The translations under genes and the position numbers were made by a program. From positions 1 through 56,419 of the forward strand of contig JACPPO010000088.1 of assembly GCA_016190945.1 (NCBI GenBank): DNA of 56,419 nucleotides. The letters are read 5' to 3'. A model generated the notes under the pieces. The model searched no databases, was not told the DNA's origin, and saw only the letters and a list, made by a program, of their open reading frames with translations. Position 1 is the stretch's first letter, and every line of letters starts with the position of its first letter. This document shows positions 53,374-56,419 of the stretch, in pieces. Origin of the DNA: Acidobacteriota bacterium. Its GTDB lineage: Bacteria; Acidobacteriota; Vicinamibacteria; Vicinamibacterales; UBA2999.

Positions 53374-53580
53374 TTAACTTTCGATCAGGCGAACGTCACC
53401 CGCGCGAGGTCCCTTGGTGGAATCCTCCGACGAGAACTCCACGCGCTGCCCTTCACGCAGCAGCTCGAAAACGGCGCCGCGCACCGCGCTGCGGTGGAAG
53501 AAGTGCTCGATGCCACCTTCATCGCGAATAAATCCGAATCCTTTGTCGATGAGGAGGCGTGCGATAGTCCCGGTCGGCAT
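53374..53580 (-). CDS. cspA: Cold-shock domain protein
   Basis: KGFGFI (RNP1) and the beta-barrel length fit. Start re-set to ATG 53580, with GGAGG 8 nt upstream. Confidence 0.85.
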   Translation of the reverse strand: MPTGTIARLLIDKGFGFIRDEGGIEHFFHRSAVRGAVFELLREGQRVEFSSEDSTKGPRAGDVRLIES

Positions 53581-53770
53581 GGCCGTGTCCTCCGATGCGC
53601 GAAGCCTGGGACAACATCCCAGGCGCTCCATGGGCCGCTGGTGAGCGAACAATGAAGCCACGACATACGTAGCGGTCACACGCGCGCCGGCGCCTGAAAG
53701 CTCGGCCAGTGTAGGAAGTCCGGCCGGGGAAGTCAAGGCGTACCGCCAGAACTCCTTACCCGCCTATGAA

Positions 53771-53799
53771 TTGCGCGCGCGACGGCCTGCCGCTAGCAT
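53771..53799 (+). promoter_or_regulatory. Promoter candidate TTGCGC-17-TAGCAT placed 6 nt from the ATG (leaderless geometry)
   Basis: Read directly. No Shine-Dalgarno fits between the -10 and ATG 53806. Confidence 0.4.
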
Positions 53800-53805
53800 T
53801 ACCGG

Positions 53806-54417
53806 ATGCTGGTCGCCATCATCCTCGCCGCGGGCGGCTCGACGCGGATGGGCACGCCCAAGGCGTTGCTCCCCGATCCCGACGGCCGGCCGTTCGTCGC
53901 ACGAATCGTGCGCGCGCTCGTGGCTGCGGACATCAGCGACGTGGTCATCGTCACAGGCAACCAGCACGCCGGGATCGTCGACGCGATTGCCGCCGACCGG
54001 CCACCCATCAACCCGGCGTTCGTCAATAATCCTCAGCCGTCGCTTGGCCAGGTTTCGTCGCTCTGGATCGGACTGGATGGCGCGACGAGGCGCGATCTCG
54101 AAGGCGTGCTGGTGACGCCCGTCGACATTCCGATGGTCCGCCCCTCGACGATACGACAGGTGATCGAGGCATGGGAGCGGACGCACGCACCGGTCGTGCG
54201 TCCGGCGGTCGGCGAGCGTCACGGTCACCCGGTGATCTTCGATCGCGCGGTGTTCGATGCCCTGCGGCACGCGCCGCTCACCGAGGGCGCCCGAGCCGTC
54301 GTCCATGCCAACGGCGATCGGCTCGTGAACGTACCAGTCGACGACGAGGGCTGTGTCGTCGACGTGGATACCCCGGCCGACTACGACGCCCTCGTGAAGC
54401 AATTCACCAAGGAATGA
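53806..54417 (+). CDS. MobA/MocA-like nucleotidyltransferase (NTP_transf_3)
   Basis: ILAAGGSTRMG..K motif and the fold length. Confidence 0.75.
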   Translation: MLVAIILAAGGSTRMGTPKALLPDPDGRPFVARIVRALVAADISDVVIVTGNQHAGIVDAIAADRPPINPAFVNNPQPSLGQVSSLWIGLDGATRRDLEGVLVTPVDIPMVRPSTIRQVIEAWERTHAPVVRPAVGERHGHPVIFDRAVFDALRHAPLTEGARAVVHANGDRLVNVPVDDEGCVVDVDTPADYDALVKQFTKE

Positions 54418-56300
54418 GTACTGCGCGATGGCGGCTGATCGGCGATGGATTGTTCGCAGCGCTCGTCGCTCTGGGGGTGGCGATCAGGATCACGGGGGGC
54501 ATTCAAGGGGAGATCTTTGGCTTCCGCGTGTCGGTGACTTCGGCGTGGCGGGTTTTTGCCTGGGCGGCGGTCGTTGTCGCCTTGCGGCACTTGATTGTCC
54601 CCACACGGCCCTTGTACAACCGCGCGTGGACGCAGAAGGCCGATGTGGCGGAACGGCACGTACTCGAAGAGGCCGGGCGCAGCCGCAAGAACCCCGCCTT
54701 GAGATACGCCCTGCTCATCCTGTTTTTCACCGTCACCGCGGCACTGATGCTTCTGCCGCAGGTACTGGCGCCGTTCAGTGTTCCGGATCAGGGAGATCCG
54801 CTCTTCTCAATGTGGCGGCTCGCATGGGTCGCGCACCAGCTCCCGCGCGATCCGATGCACCTGTTCGACGCCAACATCTTTCATCCGAATGTTCGAACGC
54901 TTGCGTACTCGGACGCGATGCTCCTCCAGGCGGCCGTCGGAGCTCCACTGCTGTGGCTGGGTATACACCAGGTACTCGTCTACGACATCATTTTTTTTGT
55001 ATCGATTGTCTCATCCGGCGTGATGATGTTTCTGCTGGCGCGGGCGCTGACCGCGCGGTCCGACGCCGCCCTCGTGGCTGGAATTCTGTTCGCGTTTTGC
55101 GCGTTTCGCTTCGCCCATTACAGCCACCTGGAATTGCAGGTGACACCGTGGATGCCGTTGGGCCTGTTCTGGTTTCACCGTACCACCGCCACGAACCGAT
55201 TGCGTGATGGACTGTTGACAGGCCTCGCCGTTGTGCTCCAGGGACTGTCAAGTCTGTACTTCGGCATGTTCTTCGCCGCCCTGCTTGTCTGTCTGGCGGT
55301 GGTGTCTCACGTGGCCGGCTCCGCGAGCCTGCGGCGGGCGGCCCGCCCCTTGTTGGCTGGTGCGCTGCTGGCGGCGGTTCTGCTAATCCCCGTCACCGTG
55401 CCCTACTGGCAAAACCGGGCCGTCGTCGGCGAACGCAGCGAGTTCGAGGTCTGGTTTTACAGTGCCGTTCCAGCGGATTATCTTGTCCCCCACCGACAGA
55501 GCATTTACTGGGGGCCGCAGGTCCCTGTTCGACCGGAGCGGGAGCTGTTCCCTGGCCTCGTGCCGGTGGCGCTTGCTGCGGTCGGTCTGGCGCCGCCCCT
55601 GTCGGCCGTGCGGGTCGCATACCTGGCGGGGCTCGCGCTCGGCGTTGACGCCTCATTCGGACTGAATGGCGTCATATACCCGTTCCTGTATGGCTGGGTG
55701 CCGCCGTTCCGGGGTTTGCGGGTACCGGCACGATTTGGCGTCATCGTCGCGCTTGTCTTGAGCGTGCTGGCGGGATACGGCGTCGCCCGGATTGTCGGGC
55801 GTATGAAACGGCCTCTTTGGCGACACGCCACCGTTGTGGCCATTGTGCTGGCTGCGCTCGTCGAGGCGCGTCCGGTGCTGGCACTCGAGCCGATCTGGCG
55901 GGACGCACCTGCAATCTACGCCGCTCTCCCGGCGGGCCGCACCGCCGTCCTGGCGGAGCTGCCCTTCCCGGCTCCCGATGACACCTTCGGGCATGAATTC
56001 ATATTCATGTACTTCTCGACATTTCATTGGCAGCGGCTCGTCAACGGCACCAGCGGTTTCTTTCCGGACGATTATCTGGAGCTGCGAGACGTCATGTACG
56101 GATTCCCCTCCGATGAATCGCTGGCGGCGCTCCGCGCGCGTGGGGTCGAGTACCTGGTCCTGCACCGACAGTTCTACGATCCGTCCGAGTACGCGCGCGC
56201 GACGGCGGACCTGGACAGGCACCGGTCGGTTCGGCTCGTGACCGTGGGTCAGTGGAACGACAGCGAAGTGCGCCTCTACAGACTGGACCGGGCGAGCTGA
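54414..56300 (+). CDS. Large polytopic membrane protein of unknown function (GT-C-like architecture)
   Basis: Start re-set to ATG 54414 (ATGA overlap). More than 10 TM segments, a conserved-looking first loop (DQGDPLFSMWRLAWVAHQL...FDANIFHP) and a C-terminal soluble domain. Confidence 0.6.
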   Translation: MSTARWRLIGDGLFAALVALGVAIRITGGIQGEIFGFRVSVTSAWRVFAWAAVVVALRHLIVPTRPLYNRAWTQKADVAERHVLEEAGRSRKNPALRYALLILFFTVTAALMLLPQVLAPFSVPDQGDPLFSMWRLAWVAHQLPRDPMHLFDANIFHPNVRTLAYSDAMLLQAAVGAPLLWLGIHQVLVYDIIFFVSIVSSGVMMFLLARALTARSDAALVAGILFAFCAFRFAHYSHLELQVTPWMPLGLFWFHRTTATNRLRDGLLTGLAVVLQGLSSLYFGMFFAALLVCLAVVSHVAGSASLRRAARPLLAGALLAAVLLIPVTVPYWQNRAVVGERSEFEVWFYSAVPADYLVPHRQSIYWGPQVPVRPERELFPGLVPVALAAVGLAPPLSAVRVAYLAGLALGVDASFGLNGVIYPFLYGWVPPFRGLRVPARFGVIVALVLSVLAGYGVARIVGRMKRPLWRHATVVAIVLAALVEARPVLALEPIWRDAPAIYAALPAGRTAVLAELPFPAPDDTFGHEFIFMYFSTFHWQRLVNGTSGFFPDDYLELRDVMYGFPSDESLAALRARGVEYLVLHRQFYDPSEYARATADLDRHRSVRLVTVGQWNDSEVRLYRLDRAS

Positions 56301-56315
56301 GCCGTGGGTGAAGGA

Positions 56316-56391
56316 TGGTGGACCTGACCGGGATCGAACCGGTGACCTCCTGAATGCCATTCAGGCGCGCTCCCAACTGCGCTACAGGCCC
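56316..56391 (-). tRNA. tRNA-Ala (anticodon GGC), CCA encoded
   Basis: Hand-folded cloverleaf: acceptor GGGCCTG/CAGGTCC with G3:U70, D stem GCGC, anticodon stem CCTGA/TCAGG with loop AUGGCAU, T arm ACCGG-TTCGATC-CCGGT. 76 nt. Confidence 0.9.
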
Positions 56392-56419
56392 ACTCTTGCC
56401 AGGCGCGGAACACCCATCG

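Noticed and set aside
56316-56419. tRNA-Ala as a possible integration hotspot or genomic-island boundary
   Set aside because: There is no integrase, no direct repeat of the tRNA 3' end and no compositional shift in the flanking 10 kb that I can see. The window ends 28 nt beyond the tRNA, so the other side cannot be judged.

Overview
High-GC (by eye about two-thirds G+C), densely packed bacterial chromosome segment. It is almost entirely housekeeping, with no transposase, integrase, CRISPR array or recognisable defence genes. Protein families and intergenic repeat style suggest Acidobacteriota, but that is only an inference. I call 55 protein genes and one tRNA-Ala(GGC). Main content, in order: partial dacB; a GldA/F/G-like ABC exporter with a DUF4340 gene; a P1B metal ATPase; a REC-PilZ protein. 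Next comes a three-gene operon (LysW-like acidic zinc ribbon, LarE-like PP-loop ATPase, GT-C membrane protein), then pal. A pyrimidine regulon is split into pyrK-pyrD-pyrF (-) and pyrR-pyrB-pyrC-pyrE-like (+). Then relA/spoT, ridA, rpmB, a dksA-like gene, lon, rluD-nudix, and ileS-lspA-lgt. Further on: two M16 peptidases; the aspA to HIT co-directional cluster (bioY, thiD, moaE, moaD, prfA, prmC); a class I fumarase; erpA; a Fur-rubrerythrin fusion; PHP; an ABC-like pseudo-ATPase; csp. Many track ORFs are high-GC shadow frames, and I re-set about 20 starts by hand. The most interesting signals are non-genic or architectural. (1) Hairpins at gene boundaries whose arms are 3-4 tandem copies of a 7-8 nt word; one word, GTCAAAGGTC, recurs exactly four times. 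(2) A roughly 100-130 bp double-hairpin repeat present once intergenically and once inserted in frame inside pyrK. (3) The translationally coupled LysW-like/LarE-like pair. (4) A Fur-diiron ferritin-like fusion next to erpA. (5) A roughly 575 bp GC-poor non-coding island upstream of the dksA-like gene.
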